Shown: positions 49,126-61,395 of the stretch, one piece after another
Position numbering within the stretch: position 1 is the stretch's first letter
How the letters are laid out: each line of letters begins with the position of its first letter
Assembly (NCBI GenBank): GCA_030265395.1
Contig: JARFYF010000029.1
Coordinates: forward strand, 12,134,630 to 12,198,629
DNA from: Rhina ancylostomus
Taxonomy: Eukaryota
Reading direction: 5' to 3'
Length of the DNA stretch: 64,000 bases
Position numbers and translations under genes: made by a program
The notes under the pieces: model-generated
What the model saw: only the letters and a program-made list of their open reading frames with translations
What the model was told of the DNA's origin: nothing
The model's database searches: none

Positions 49126-51019
49126 GTAAGTGTTATAATAATTAACTTCATGTGAATTTTACATTGGCATCCACTCCTTAAATGAAACATCTGACTAAGT
49201 ATTGTAATAAATGTATTCCATAAATTCAGTCAGCATTTGACTTCAAACCTTTCATTATCACTGAAACCAAATGTTAAGTTATTGAATAAATTTGTACATT
49301 GCTAAGATGATGAACCAAATGAAAATGATGCCCCTTGTTCATTTTTTATCTGATTTTAGTTTTTGGCCATCAACGGATAATAATGGTAATTTGGATTCTG
49401 AAAAAGGCAATTCTATAATTGAATTCACAATATTTACCTATACTTTTAATCGCCATTTAATCTTCTGAATCTCTAATACTTGATTCTGAAGCTGTTGATA
49501 CAGGCAGTATAATTTCTTAGTTGTCCAAGTCTATCCTAAAATGCTCATAATTTACACCTAAAATAGAAAAATATGCAATTTTCCAGCATTATCACCATTC
49601 ACCTTCATTGGCCCTACACTAAAAATAAAATTATTACTGTTCTTTTACATATTTCAAGTTGATAGGTGCCTTCTTTGCTGATACTTTTTTTAAAGTTATA
49701 GTACACACACTGATGATGATTATACTGCTTTTGGGCTTTCATCCCTCCTGGTAAAACTAATGAGGGCCTTCTGTGTAGATTTTCTCTCAGCTGCATTGAT
49801 CAGTGATTACAGTTAGCAGTTTGCTGCTGTATTCCTGTGATAACCTGCTGGGATTTTCTGAGCTATTGCATCCTTTAAACAGCTCANNNNNNNNNNNNNN
49901 NNNNNNNNNNNNNNNNNNNNNNNNNNNNNNNNNNNNNNNNNNNNNNNNNNNNNNNNNNNNNNNNNNNNNNNNNNNNNNNNNNNNNNAACAGCTCATGAAT
50001 CAGAGATTTTCCTTTCTTCATTCGCCAACTGCTATTCAGTCACATTCCTTTAAATACGATTGATTTTATGTTGATTGTACAATCCCCAGTCAACACACTG
50101 ACTAGAATGTTGCTCATCATTAACTAGCAAATTAAATGGCTGATTTTAATACCTGCAAGAGTATCCATTTACTTATCCAGCATCAAAACATATTAAGCAA
50201 ATATACATATCTCTGAGCAGGACTGTTACAAATTTTATTCCAACTAATATCAATGTTAATTGTGCACTAGTACTGTGTTAAATAAAGACTTTATTCATAA
50301 TCTTCTTCTGATCTGGAATAATACTAGAATCTTTCTAATATTTACTGCGATTATAAACAATTCATTTCTTTGAGTTCTGAAAATGCAAATATAAAGGGTC
50401 CTTTTTTTTATAATCACAAAGAATACTTTGTTCCACAAGCATTATGTTTCATTTGAGCCCTGTACCTGCATTTGAGATGTTTTATTTTGAAAATGTATCA
50501 TATAGGTTAATGCAAATTTACCTATATAATTGATAGGTGCATATAGGTACAAGATCTACTGTTTCTGATAATGAGAACATTACACTGATGTCAGAGAAAT
50601 GGTATTTACAAACACAGTCTTGATGTGATTCAGGAATTGCCAGACTGGCATGTTGGGATCTACAAACTGCAATCTGCTTGGAATGATACAACTGGGAAAT
50701 CCAGTGAACTCCATACTGACTTTTCTCATTAAAAGCACATAAATCTAATGTGCAGTATGCAATACATTCTATTTTATGATCAACTGAATTATTTGCCTTT
50801 GTTATTAACTTACAAGTGTCATTTACAATAGTAAGTCATCAGCTCACTAGAGTATCCAAGATTACATGACAAAAATATTTATACCTCTGAAGTGGAAAAC
50901 TACTTAATTTCCAAGTCATGGCTAAAACTCACTTCATTTGCTTTGGGGAGAAAATGTAAAAACTTCTTTCATGACTTTGGTAAACAGCCAAATTCCCAAA
51001 TGCACTACTTCATAGAAAA

Positions 51020-51118
51020 GAGAAGATATCTTTATTAGTCACATGTACATCAAAACACACAGTGAAATACATCTCTTGTGTTGAGTGTTCTGGGGGAAGC
51101 CCACAAGGTTCGCCGCAA
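51020..51118 (-). mobile_element. 3' fragment of the SINE family seen at 61114-61395
   Basis: TTTATTAGTCACATGTACATCAAAACACACAGTGAAAT shared with 16911-16981 and 61114-61190. Confidence 0.75.
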
Positions 51119-51407
51119 TCGTTTTTATGATTTTATTGTTGGAAAGAACATAGGAATCTTACAAAGATTCTTTGAAAGTTCAGCTTGTAGCAGGCTTGAC
51201 TAAATTGTTCACTACTGAACTAATGACAAAAGGACTTATTTTTTTGATATTTACAGTTCCCATGGTTTACTAAAATAAGTGGATATTGCTTTAAGCATTT
51301 AACAAAAATAAAAGTACAACTCAATGACTGATACATTATTAGTTTTGTTTAGGATTATCATGGTAGCATATTCATGACAAAACAATTATCTCTGTCTTAA
51401 TGAACAG

Positions 51408-51448
51408 GATGAATAACTTAAAAATGGCACAGAGTCTAACCAACAATG
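51408..51448 (+). CDS. Ac45-family coding exon 5 (RMNNLKMAQSLTNND), 41 nt
   Basis: AACAG acceptor, ATG|GTAAGA donor. Phase 2-1 bridges exons 4 and 6 exactly and aligns to the LTGND segment of ATP6AP1. Confidence 0.88.
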
Positions 51449-51939
51449 GTAAGATTGATTTAAATTTTGTTACTTTCTCTTGGCTAAGAATAAACATTGT
51501 TATTGTCCATCTGGTAGGTCAACATTCAATGTGACACTATAACTATTTTACATATCAGGTTAAACAGAATGGTTTGGGCTAGAAATTGGATTATGCACTA
51601 TCATGTTTTTGCATACTGCCTGCTTAACAAAGAATTATTTGCAAAGGGAAATTAGGGACAATATGAATTCTATAGAGTTTGTGAGCTTCCTTCAGGATCT
51701 TCCATGCAGCTGTTGTACTGGTGCATGATACCCTTGGTGTATACATACACCTGGATGCTACTTGCGATTTTTTTTTTAATCATGTATTTGTGGCCCATGG
51801 ATAGATCAGACCACAAAAGCCTTCATTGCTTTTGAGATCTGTTTTGATGTTACTTAAATGGAACATTAAATCCTGTGCTAGGAACCACCTCAGGTGGGTC
51901 ATCTTATAGTGAAATATTTATCTGTCATGATATTTCTAT

Positions 51940-52280
51940 CTTGTGATCCCTCAAACCTCCCAACCTAATCGTGGCCCACAGTCCACTCAATCCTCCCCAC
52001 CTGATAGTTATGTACACCCCCCACTCCCCCATTTGACCAATCTCTTGCCTGACCCAACCAGTGATATGCCCCTTGTCCTACCTTCCACCTGTTTGCTTAC
52101 TGAATATCTGCCTCACAAAACCTACACTGACAAAGGAGCTTCGAGTTGAATTGTGACAGAAAATCTTTGTCCTTAAAAGTTTACTCTGTTTCTCTTGGCA
52201 CAGTTCCTGCCTGACGTGCTAAATGTGTCCAGCATTTTCTGGTTTTATTTCAAAATTTCAGCATTTTTGATTTTCATCCC
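51940..52280 (+). mobile_element. Penelope-like 3' UTR and tail, decayed
   Basis: C-rich stretch then CTCTGTTTCTCTT..CACAG..CTGCCTGAC.TGCT...CCAGCATTTTCTG. Confidence 0.6.
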
Positions 52281-53394
52281 TACACTGACCCTAGTGCTTA
52301 TCTAAATCCGTTCCCAGTCCAGCACCTGATCTCCCCCAATCTGCTGTTTGATGCTCATTTGTCATTCAAGATTTCCCCATCTCACCCCAAAGGTCCACAT
52401 TCCCCTGACTGACCCTGATTCTTATCCTACCTACATTCTGGGTCCCTCTCTCCCGTGACCCCTCCCTTCTCTCTTGGTAGACCAAGACACCCTGAGGTAA
52501 ATGATGCCTTGGAACAGTTGTGCTGCTCACGCTTGTGATAGGAGGTCCTTGAGCAAAGCACTTGCTGGTCCCTGTGCACCAACCATTTAATATCCCTTTG
52601 AGGTGCCCTTTATTTTCTAGACAATGGATTCTTGTCTGTAGAAGATAAGAGATCACTGTTAATAACAACAGGCTTGAAATGCTTTATTATGTTCTTAAAC
52701 AGCAATGTGTTCAGATTCCCAATGACACCTCACATTTAACTGTCTTGATCCCATTAAGATGCCCATTAAAAAGCAAACTAACTAATGTTTTAAAAATTAT
52801 CCTGTTCAACGGCTGCCTTGGGAATGCTCTGATTTGCATGTAGATGATTTAGAAAACCAGTCATTAGATGTTAAGGTTAACATCAGTGAAATGATGAGCT
52901 ATAATAAAATTGAATCAGATAGTTTGGGAGAGAAATGAAGCTGGATATTTTCTGAAGCTTGTCATACTACATGTTTAATTATCTTTGTCACGGTATTAAT
53001 ATGGTCTATGATAAAACTTGCTGTGTTTCTCAGGAGCTCCAATGTTCCTTCAGAAGGAAAGAAGTAAATGCTTAAATGTGTTTAAATTGGTACAAATTAT
53101 TTTATGGTTAATTACTTAATGAAATTATTCTTTGTTCACAATGCAAACCCTCAGCAAAATCTTCCAGTCTGAAGTTGAACCATTTCCTGCCAAAGATAAA
53201 ATTTATATCATTGTGACTTATGTTTATAAGTAACTAGAAAATAGATATTATTGTCCCATTTGTTGCATTTGAAATGTGTTTTGCTCTTATTTGGACATTG
53301 TGAGAATGATCAGAGCATGTGCTGGAACTGGCTTCAACTGGTTGCCCACAGTTTAATAGTGTGTCACATTTTTGTCTGCATTCCAGTTGAAGTG

Positions 53395-53610
53395 ATAGAA
53401 CCAGAGATGTACAGCATGGAAACAGGCCTTCATCTCACGGAGTCAATACTGACCATCACACCCCCATTACACTAATCTTACTTTGTTTTAATTCTCCCCA
53501 TATTCTCATCAACTCCCCCCCCCCCACCCCCTTGCAAGTTTCTACCACTCACTTACAGAGCAGGGGAAACAGAGGCCAATTAACATACCAACCTGCACAT
53601 CTTTGATTTT
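53395..53610 (-). mobile_element. HE1/V-type SINE 3' half
   Basis: Closely parallels 24497-24690 (ACAGCATGGAAACAGGCC...ACCTGCACATCT). Confidence 0.75.
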
Positions 53611-53699
53611 GGCTGTCTTTCTCCCTCCATTGGTATAGACTGACCTACTGTGCATATCTCACAACCCTGCTATTTGCACTACATTACATTTTTTTGTTT

Positions 53700-53975
53700 G
53701 TATGATCTGTCTCTAGCTGCCCCCATTAATCCATTTACCAGAGTAACTCACAACCTGTACCCATGCTCTCTATCATAGATATTCCCTTTGTCTAATCCAC
53801 CCATCCTCCCACTTTCTCTGCAATTTAAAACTAATTTCTTTTTCCTCTTTCCTGGTTCTGGTAAAGGGTCTTTGACCTGAAATTTAACTCTCGTTTTACT
53901 TCCACGGATGCCACCTGACCTGCTGAGCATTTCCAGCATTTACTGTTTTATTTCAGATTTCCAGCATCTGCAGTT
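53700..53975 (+). mobile_element. Penelope-like terminus with hammerhead remnant
   Basis: CTGGTAA-AGGGTCTTTGACCT-GAAA-TTTA, then GATGCCACCTGACCTGCTGAGCATTTCCAGCATT...CCAGCATCTGCAG. Confidence 0.7.
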
Positions 53976-54728
53976 ATTTTTTTAAAATTTCTAGTTCAAG
54001 GTAGTTTTCTAAAAGACTGTACAGAGCTCTAACACCTTGCAACACACCATTTGTGGAATATATGTCTTCCTGAGTGAACAAAGCACTGAGTGTTTGCTCC
54101 AAATTGATTTATGTTCTGCAATAATACCTTTAGGCAAATCATCCACATTGATCTACCATCTTCTTACTCACAAGTTCCACCTCCCCCAGGATAGTAACAG
54201 CTAAAATCACATAGCAAACACTTGCTATTACATCTCATTGCTCAGCTCTGGTGTCCCAATGATAGTGTTTCAATGGATCCCTAAGACCTGGTTTCAAAAA
54301 TTCAATGTTTTCACATTAAGAAAGGTAAAATGTTGTAAGAGCCCTTATCTAATCAATGTATAAAGAGAAAAGTTTTGGTTACATTCAAAGCCATTTAAAA
54401 AAAAAACAACTATTTGAACAATACGTAACAAAACCATTTAATACTTATAAAGGTATTAATATAAGGCTTCAAGTGCAACATAGTGCACTTTAATCAACTA
54501 TTTCTCAAGTTCAGAACTCATCTTGGGTCTGTGCTTAAATCCATCAATCCTGTTAAACAGTAGTATGTCTTATTTGGGTGCATATTAATTCAGTAACCTA
54601 GCCAGTATTTATTTCCCTCATGTTGTTAAAGTAAATTTGTTTTGGTCGTGTTGGGATCAACTGATCTATTTTTTAAATTTTAAAATGTGTATGTTTTGAA
54701 CCTCATATTATTTCAATCCCATTTCCAG

Positions 54729-54814
54729 ATAAAATAATTGGGATGACAACTAACACTTTGAAAAGGAAAGGACTGCAATTTTCTGGGATTTACACAGCTT
54801 TAAGACCTTCTGTG
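54729..54814 (+). CDS. Ac45-family coding exon 6 (DKIIGMTTNTLKRKGLQFSGIYTALRPSV), 86 nt; gene continues beyond the recognisable sequence
   Basis: TTCCAG acceptor, GTG|GTGAGT donor; D.xIG......L and TAxRPS motifs. Confidence 0.93.
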
Positions 54815-55244
54815 GTGAGTAATAACACAGAACCCAGTTTTCTGAGTTCTGCTTATGGCAGGAAATTCATCCATATCTTGCATCTGGCCTTTTGACTATT
54901 CATAGCTGTTATGCTCTTTTAAAACAGTGTTGCTTGCTTTCTTGTCTTCCTTGCAAACATAATATTTCTAGGTAACCTGTTTAAGAATGGATCACGGAAA
55001 GATGGCATTAGAACAAATGACTAATCAGTAGCAAACTATTAGCAGCAATAATAAAATGACTTGTGTTCCTGTTTTTAAGAGTAATGTAAGTCGTTCCATC
55101 TATCATTGATTACCTTGGAACTAGAAGAAGACTACAGTTGTCTCATAACAGCAGCTAAGTTTATCCTATGACTCCAAGATATTGATGCCATCACTCTAAT
55201 TGGGAAACCTTTACATCTGCTAATTATTCTTTATGGAAAAATAC

Positions 55245-55535
55245 ATATAACATAAATAGATGCAGGAGAAGTTCATTTTAACTCCCTTATGCCTGCTCTG
55301 CCATTCAATAAGATCATGCCTGACCTCCTTCCTCAACACTATTCTCCTGCAGTTATTCTATATCCCTTGATTCCTTAATATCTAGAAATCTTATCAGTCT
55401 CTGCCTTGAATATATTTAGTTACTTAGCCTTCACAGCCCTTCTAAGTAAAGAATTCAGAAGATTCACGACCCTTTCTTCTCATCTTCATCCTGAGTGGCC
55501 AGCATATTACTTTGAGACAGTAATTCCTAGTTCAA
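55245..55535 (-). mobile_element. CR1 LINE 3' fragment
   Basis: GCCTGCTCTGCCATTCAATAAGATCATG...GAATTCAGAAGATTCAC, the reverse-complement CR1 tail. Confidence 0.75.
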
Positions 55536-55539
55536 GACG

Positions 55540-57028
55540 CCACATCCAGACACCCCTTGGTTTCTGTTCAAGATTGGATCAAAAGGTCCTTAGGCAATCC
55601 ATGGTGAAGGTGGTCCATTTGGGGCCAGGAAACTGGAAATTGCCGAAGTACATTAGACGTGTCATGGATGAAAGTGTGGAGAGACTGGACAGGGGGAGAA
55701 AGAAGAGACAAGGTAGGAAGAAATGAGTTCTATGGGATAAGAATGGGCTGAAACAATGGGTCTACCGGGATAGCTGTGCTGGGGAGGAAGTAAAAGTGGG
55801 ATGTGCGGAATTGGAGGACTATGAGGCTGATGGCTGTGGAGGGAAGATCTCCTGAGAGAGTGAGATCAGTGACTGCTTGAGAGACGATGTTTAGTGTTCG
55901 GGTCATGGTTCAGAGGGGGATATGAAGAGGTATCTAAGCAGCTTTTGTGAAGTGAAGGTCAGTTCATCAAATGACAACAGCATCACTCTTGACAGTAGAT
56001 TTGATGACAATGTTGGGATTGGTCTTTACTGTGTGAAGTGCTAAACGTTTAGAGGGGGGTAGATTAGAGTGAGTGAGGACAGTGGAAAAATTTGAGACAA
56101 TCTATGTTGCACTGGCAATTAGCAGTGAATAGATGTATAGAGGGTAAAAGGCTGGAACAAAGCGTCGAGTTGGATTGGGAATTCTGGAGACAGGAGAAAG
56201 TTTCCACAATCTGGGGTGAGGATCCCCTGGCCAAAGAAATGGACATGAAGATGAAGAAGAGGTCAATATCATGTCTTGGAATTCATTACGACAGTGATAA
56301 AAGTGGATGAAACTAAGGTCTCTGTTGAAGACTGATTGTTTAGGATCAGGGGGTGAAGATCAAGAGGGATAATGAAAACACAGCAAAGGATGGGACTGAG
56401 GACAAGTGAGTTTGGAGGAAAGTAAAGAGGAAGAAAGATCCCGAAGAGTATAATTTGAATTGAGGAGCTGTTGACATTTTCAATCTTCGATGTCTGAAAA
56501 AAGGGAAAGAGGTTCTTCTTACAGAAATATCAAAATTGATGAATGATGAAGTAGCTCTGCAGATTAGGACAGCCCTTAAATAGAGGGAGTCAATAAGAAG
56601 GCAGGAGCATGCACATCACGAGCCATGAAATTAAGCATGGATCTCCAGGATACAACAAGGGTGGTGGTTCGAGAAACACTGAATAGTTCGAACATATCTG
56701 TGGGCGGATCTGCACAGTGAAGGGTGGAGTTTGGGTTTGAATCCAAAGTGGAATAAGTTTCAGTCAGAGGTATCGTTGAGGAAAGATATGTGGCTGTGGA
56801 AGTGAGTTTTTGTCAATATCTTATCAAAAGCAAGATAATAAATGGAAACCATCAAGGGTGAATATGGTAAAACAGACCTTTCTGTTGGAGAGAGGTGCAG
56901 AATTTGTTTGGAGCAAAAAAATGCAGATGCGAGAAATCTGAAAATGCTGCAAGCACTCAGCAGGTTAGGTGGTATCGGTTTGGAGTGAAGCAGAGTTGAT
57001 GTTTTAGGTCAAAGAGCTTTCATCATTT
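55540..57028 (-). mobile_element. Penelope-like element, decayed 5' part of ORF with upstream hammerhead-bearing terminal repeat
   Basis: Minus strand encodes SNLPPSKRLALHTVKTNPNIVIKSTVKSDAVVI (cf. NL...ALxxLxxNxxIVIKPADKGGAVV) and PRTSHFYFLP...PGRPIVSA (cf. FYxLPKIHK..PGRPIVS). Terminal tail at 56920-57028. Confidence 0.85.
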
Positions 57029-57044
57029 CCGTTCAGTCCATAAG

Positions 57045-57490
57045 AGTGACCCTGATCATCTAGTTAACTGGCACTTCAATTTTCTGCCCTACCACTCTGA
57101 TCTCCCTGTCTTCAAACTTCCCCCTTTGCTCCAGTGGTTTCCAATGTTAGCTCAGGAAACAGTAATTCACCTTCTGTTTGGGTACATTGACAGAAATTGG
57201 ATTTAACAATTTCAGGTCACTTCTGTTTTTTTTTGTCTTTTGCTACAGATATGGCTCTATCTTTCTGTTTTAATGTGTTTCTTTTCTGTCTCCAACTGCC
57301 AGTTTTTAAAGTAATTGTTACCTTGACAGCTTTGGCCTAAGCACTATCATAATTGCTCCTTAGGTTCCTTCCAACATCCCCTCTCTGCAAACTTTTCACT
57401 ATTCCTGTTCTAATGAAGTTTCCTTGGCCAAAACAACAACTTTGTTCCTCTTCTCCCTTCGTGCAGCTTGACTTCCAGCATTTTATGTTT
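57045..57490 (+). mobile_element. Penelope-like 3' end (GIY-YIG C-terminus, 3' UTR, hammerhead remnant), inverted relative to 55540-57028
   Basis: Degenerate HFN...HSDL.V....C.....KL.E.....LGTL....FNNF, then CTAATGAAG..CCAAAAC and the CCAGCATTTT tail. Confidence 0.7.
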
Positions 57491-57740
57491 AGATAAAGGG
57501 TAACTTCAGAACAGACGTGAGGGGTAAGTTTTTTACTTGGATAGTGGTGGATGTCTGGAATGCGTTGCCAGATGGGGTGGTGGAGGCAATTCATTGGGGA
57601 CCTTTAAGAGGAGCTTGGATGGGCACATGAATGAGAGGAAAATAGAGGGATATGGACATTCTGTAGGTAGGAGGGATTAGCTATGTCAGCACATTGTTGG
57701 TCAAAGGGCCTGTTCTGTGCTGTACTGTTCTATGTTCTAT
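57491..57740 (+). mobile_element. CR1 LINE 3' end
   Basis: FFT..VV..WNALP motif; tail GGGCCTGTTCTGTGCTGTACTGTTCTATGTTCTAT. Confidence 0.88.
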
Positions 57741-60659
57741 AGATTATGCTTGTTATGTTTATGCTAAAACGATACTCACTTAACCTGGAAATATTGCTTA
57801 AACTTTTTTTAAATTGCAAGCTTAAACATGCTTCATAACAATTTTACATCAATTGCATTCCTCAATCTCTTTCAGTTTGATATTGTGTAATGTGGAAATT
57901 CAGTGTGGTATCAAGCTTGATTTAGAAGCATCCATTAGATTGCTTTGACATCATATCTGCTTATGTCAATTTAGTTTAAGTAATTTGGGAACAGAAATTT
58001 TGCCCTCTCTAAACAATGACATTTCTAAAATTTTTGGAGGTAGAATACATTGAATTAATCTCTTCCAAAAAGTTTTCAGTTGGGTGAGAACAAAACAAAG
58101 AAGCTTGTGCTTGATTAAAGCTTGAACCAACATTACTGGTCTCAGCTGCAATGTTTGCACATCCAGAATTTCATTAAGTAATTTCCCATACACAACAGGC
58201 ATTTGGAAGATGACTGCTACTGACATGTTTTTCTAATTTATGTACATATTTTAAAGAATGTGTACTCCTATAAGGCATCCACACATATTCCCCTTCAAAG
58301 GTCCGCCAAACTCACCACTTTAGCAACATGTTCTTTAATAGTCTGCTTCCAAAAATTTTCACCATCTACTTTAGCTATATCTTGCCATCATTTATTTCCC
58401 TTCAGATGATCAATTTTAACCTGTATTCTTAATTGTTAACTTTTACTTAATGATGAAAGTATCCTTCATCATAAGAATGATTTATCCTGCTTTGTTATTT
58501 GCATTTCATTCATAAAAGCATGCAATTGTTCTATCTCCCCTTTATCTTGTGTCTTAACACACTTAACCACCAAACCCAGGGAATGTCTGCTCTGATAAAT
58601 CAGGCGCCAGTTGACTGATTAAAGGCTTCCGTATGTTGAAGAAACTTTAAGTTGGAATAAAAACTCCGTATACTGCGATTTCTTTTTTCTGTGGATTTCC
58701 TTTTTGATACAATATGTATTTCTCTAATAAAAATCTTGATAAATCATTTAATCTGAACACCCTATAGCTGGAAATGTTTCCATTGTATTTCCAAGGAAAT
58801 ATTTCTTCATGACATTTAATTTTTAAAAGACATGATGAGAAGCTATTTGAATAGGTATGAAATTTGTCACCATGAGTAATGCACGAGAGGCTATAGCAAA
58901 ACGACAGTCTGTTCACAACTGTACCCTTTGAATTCAATGGAAAATTAACCTAGCTGTTATATAATGTGGGCGCTGCTTCACAATGATCTCATTTTCAACT
59001 TCTAGTGGAGGCCAATTTGATCCCCAATGCATTGTAATATATTTCTTTCAAAAATAGCATGATACATGAGAATCCAAGAACTGTTATTTATATCTCACAG
59101 CTGAGGATAACCTTCTTGAGTCTCACACACATGTTTTCTGTTTTTCATTTATTTTACGAGATTATCCCCTGTTGTCAAATTTTTGTGAATGATGACTGAA
59201 TCTTCACCATTATCCCATTTATCCCCCATTGTATAACCTTAAAGCATCTTATTTATGTAGATTCAGATGGTAATAAGTAAAGCAAATATAAACTGCAAGG
59301 CAAAGTGAAGCAATTTAACTTACAACTACATTTCCAGGCAGTTCAAATGGAAAATCATTTTTAAAGACACTGTAAATACTTTATATCTTTACGACAATAA
59401 ATGATGTTTGTCTTCAGAGTGAATTAATGTTAATATTTGAACAAGGGTGACTCATTAAAATATTTACTTTGTGACAATGCAGCATTCGTCTTTCTATTGC
59501 ATTTGATAGCTATTCAGTTTCATTCCCAACTTGCTTTCAGAATGTATCCACAAAATTGGTGCAATTTATTTAGAAATATTTTCTTTCACAGACTATGAAT
59601 GAGTTATAAAAAATAAATGTGTTATCTTTGCATACAAGAACATTGATGGCAACATTATTTCTGTCATTGAGATGAAATTATCTTGATTGGAAATATGAAA
59701 AGTCTTATTCAAATGTTTTGTATGTATGTGCATGTTGCTAATCTAGTGCCTTTGGATTCCTGACTGTAAACTGACCTGCAGGATAGGAATTTGGTTTAAC
59801 AATGAGTGACATCAAAAGCAACACCTAACTTCATAAAATACCAAACCACTATTACACATTGGATGCTGTTTATTATAGTCCAAATATGTATAAAGCCCAA
59901 ATAAAGGATAAAGCAGTGAAATCTTGCTGGGTTGAATTAATTAATTTTGGGCATTATAAGTGACAATCAGATTGCAAGTTGGAATCACTTTCTTTAATCT
60001 CAGGATTTAGAAGAAGCTTGAAAATCAATTAATCTTTAATCTTTTGTGATCTGTAGTGCTTTTTGAATTCTTCAGTTAGATTACAATCTAATTATTACAC
60101 TTGAGTAAATGTGACTATATCCATTTAGTTTGGAACCAAAATTTAGCCTGACTCTACTATCTTTAAGTAGCAGTCTAAAGCAATAGGAAAGACAATTTGT
60201 GTTTATTAAGATTCAGATTTTATTTGGAAATAAATGAGCCTTGAAAGGATTTTAGGCTCCTGTTGCACTTAGAGTGTTGTAAAACCACTGCATATATTTC
60301 CTGATGTACATAGATCAGAGCCAATACACTCTTGGACTCAGGGCCTTATTTGGCAGACTATTTGTAAATTAAAATAATAGGGTTTTTTTCAATGTCCTTT
60401 TTGTTCTTTGTAGTTCACATCATTTTCTGGCAGGACTGCAGAAGATGACTCACCTTTTTTTTCTCTCTTGATACCCTGCTATCAGATTGCAATTGTTAAT
60501 AATCAGAATCAGTGAAAAATTGACTCAGATGTTTTTTTCACTCAGCTAGTTGTGTGTTGCCAAGAGAACTTATCTCTATCTGTAAGAGCTTCCAAAGCAA
60601 ATTACAAAAAATTATATGTGAGCCTTGATTTTGCTCCACTTTCCTATCCAACTTAAACA

Positions 60660-60752
60660 AAACGAGACATTGCAGGAAACATTCAATGGGTCAGGCAGCA
60701 TATGTAGCAAGAGAAACAGAGCTAATCTTTCACGTCTGAGATGCTTTACTCA
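60660..60752 (-). mobile_element. Penelope-like tail fragment
   Basis: Reverse complement CTGAGTAAAGCATCTCAGACGTGAAAGATTAGCTCTGTTTCTCTTGCTACATATGCTGCCTGACCC. Confidence 0.6.
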
Positions 60753-61113
60753 GGTTTGAAGAACTTGGCTGGAAAAATCCATGTTTTAGTATCTTGCATT
60801 TGTATATTGGCAGACAATTGGAAATCATAAGATAATATATGCAGATTACAACCACCCCCCTCCACCACCCCCCCCCCCAACTGTAGTAATGAATGTAGTA
60901 TCTGGTATCTGTCCAGCTGGAACCATGTTAGCTGTTTTATAATTGGTTAATTNNNNNNNNNNNNNNNNNNNNNNNNNNNNNNNNNNNNNNNNNNNNNNNN
61001 NNNNNNNNNNNNNNNNNNNNNNNNNNNNNNNNNNNNNNNNNNNNNNNNNNNNGCTGGAAACACTCATCCAGTCAACCAGCATCTTTTGGATCAAGCAGCA
61101 CTGTTTTGTTTAT

Positions 61114-61395
61114 GTAAGATTTCTTTATTAGTCACACATGCATCGAAACACACAATGAATTGCATCTTATTGCGTAGAGTATTCTGCAGGCAGCCTGCAA
61201 ATGTCCCCACACTTCTGCCGCCAACATAGCATGCCCACAACTTCCTGACCTGTACGTCTTTTTGGAATGTGGAATGAAACTGGAGGAAACCCATGCAGAC
61301 ACAGGGAGAACGTACAAACTCCTTACAGACAGTGGCCAGAATTGTCACTGGCATTGTAAAGTGTTACGCCAACCATTACACTACCATGCCTGCCC
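61114..61395 (-). mobile_element. tRNA-derived SINE with V-type core but a non-CR1 tail
   Basis: Core GGAGGAAACCCATGCAGACACAGGGAGAACGTACAAACTCC. The tail reverse complement ends ...TGTGTGACTAATAAAGAAATCTTAC. Confidence 0.8.

Noticed and set aside
53020-53075. Possible cassette exon (TCTCAG acceptor) between Ac45-like exons 5 and 6
   Set aside because: Weak donor, and exons 5 and 6 already join in frame and align to the family without it.
60414-60515. Good acceptor (TTCTTTGTAG) with a short open frame FTSFSGRTAEDDSP..., considered as Ac45-like exon 7
   Set aside because: No similarity to the expected exon 7 peptide (ILFWA-like motif) and it reaches a stop without a donor. The real exon is probably beyond the window or in a gap.
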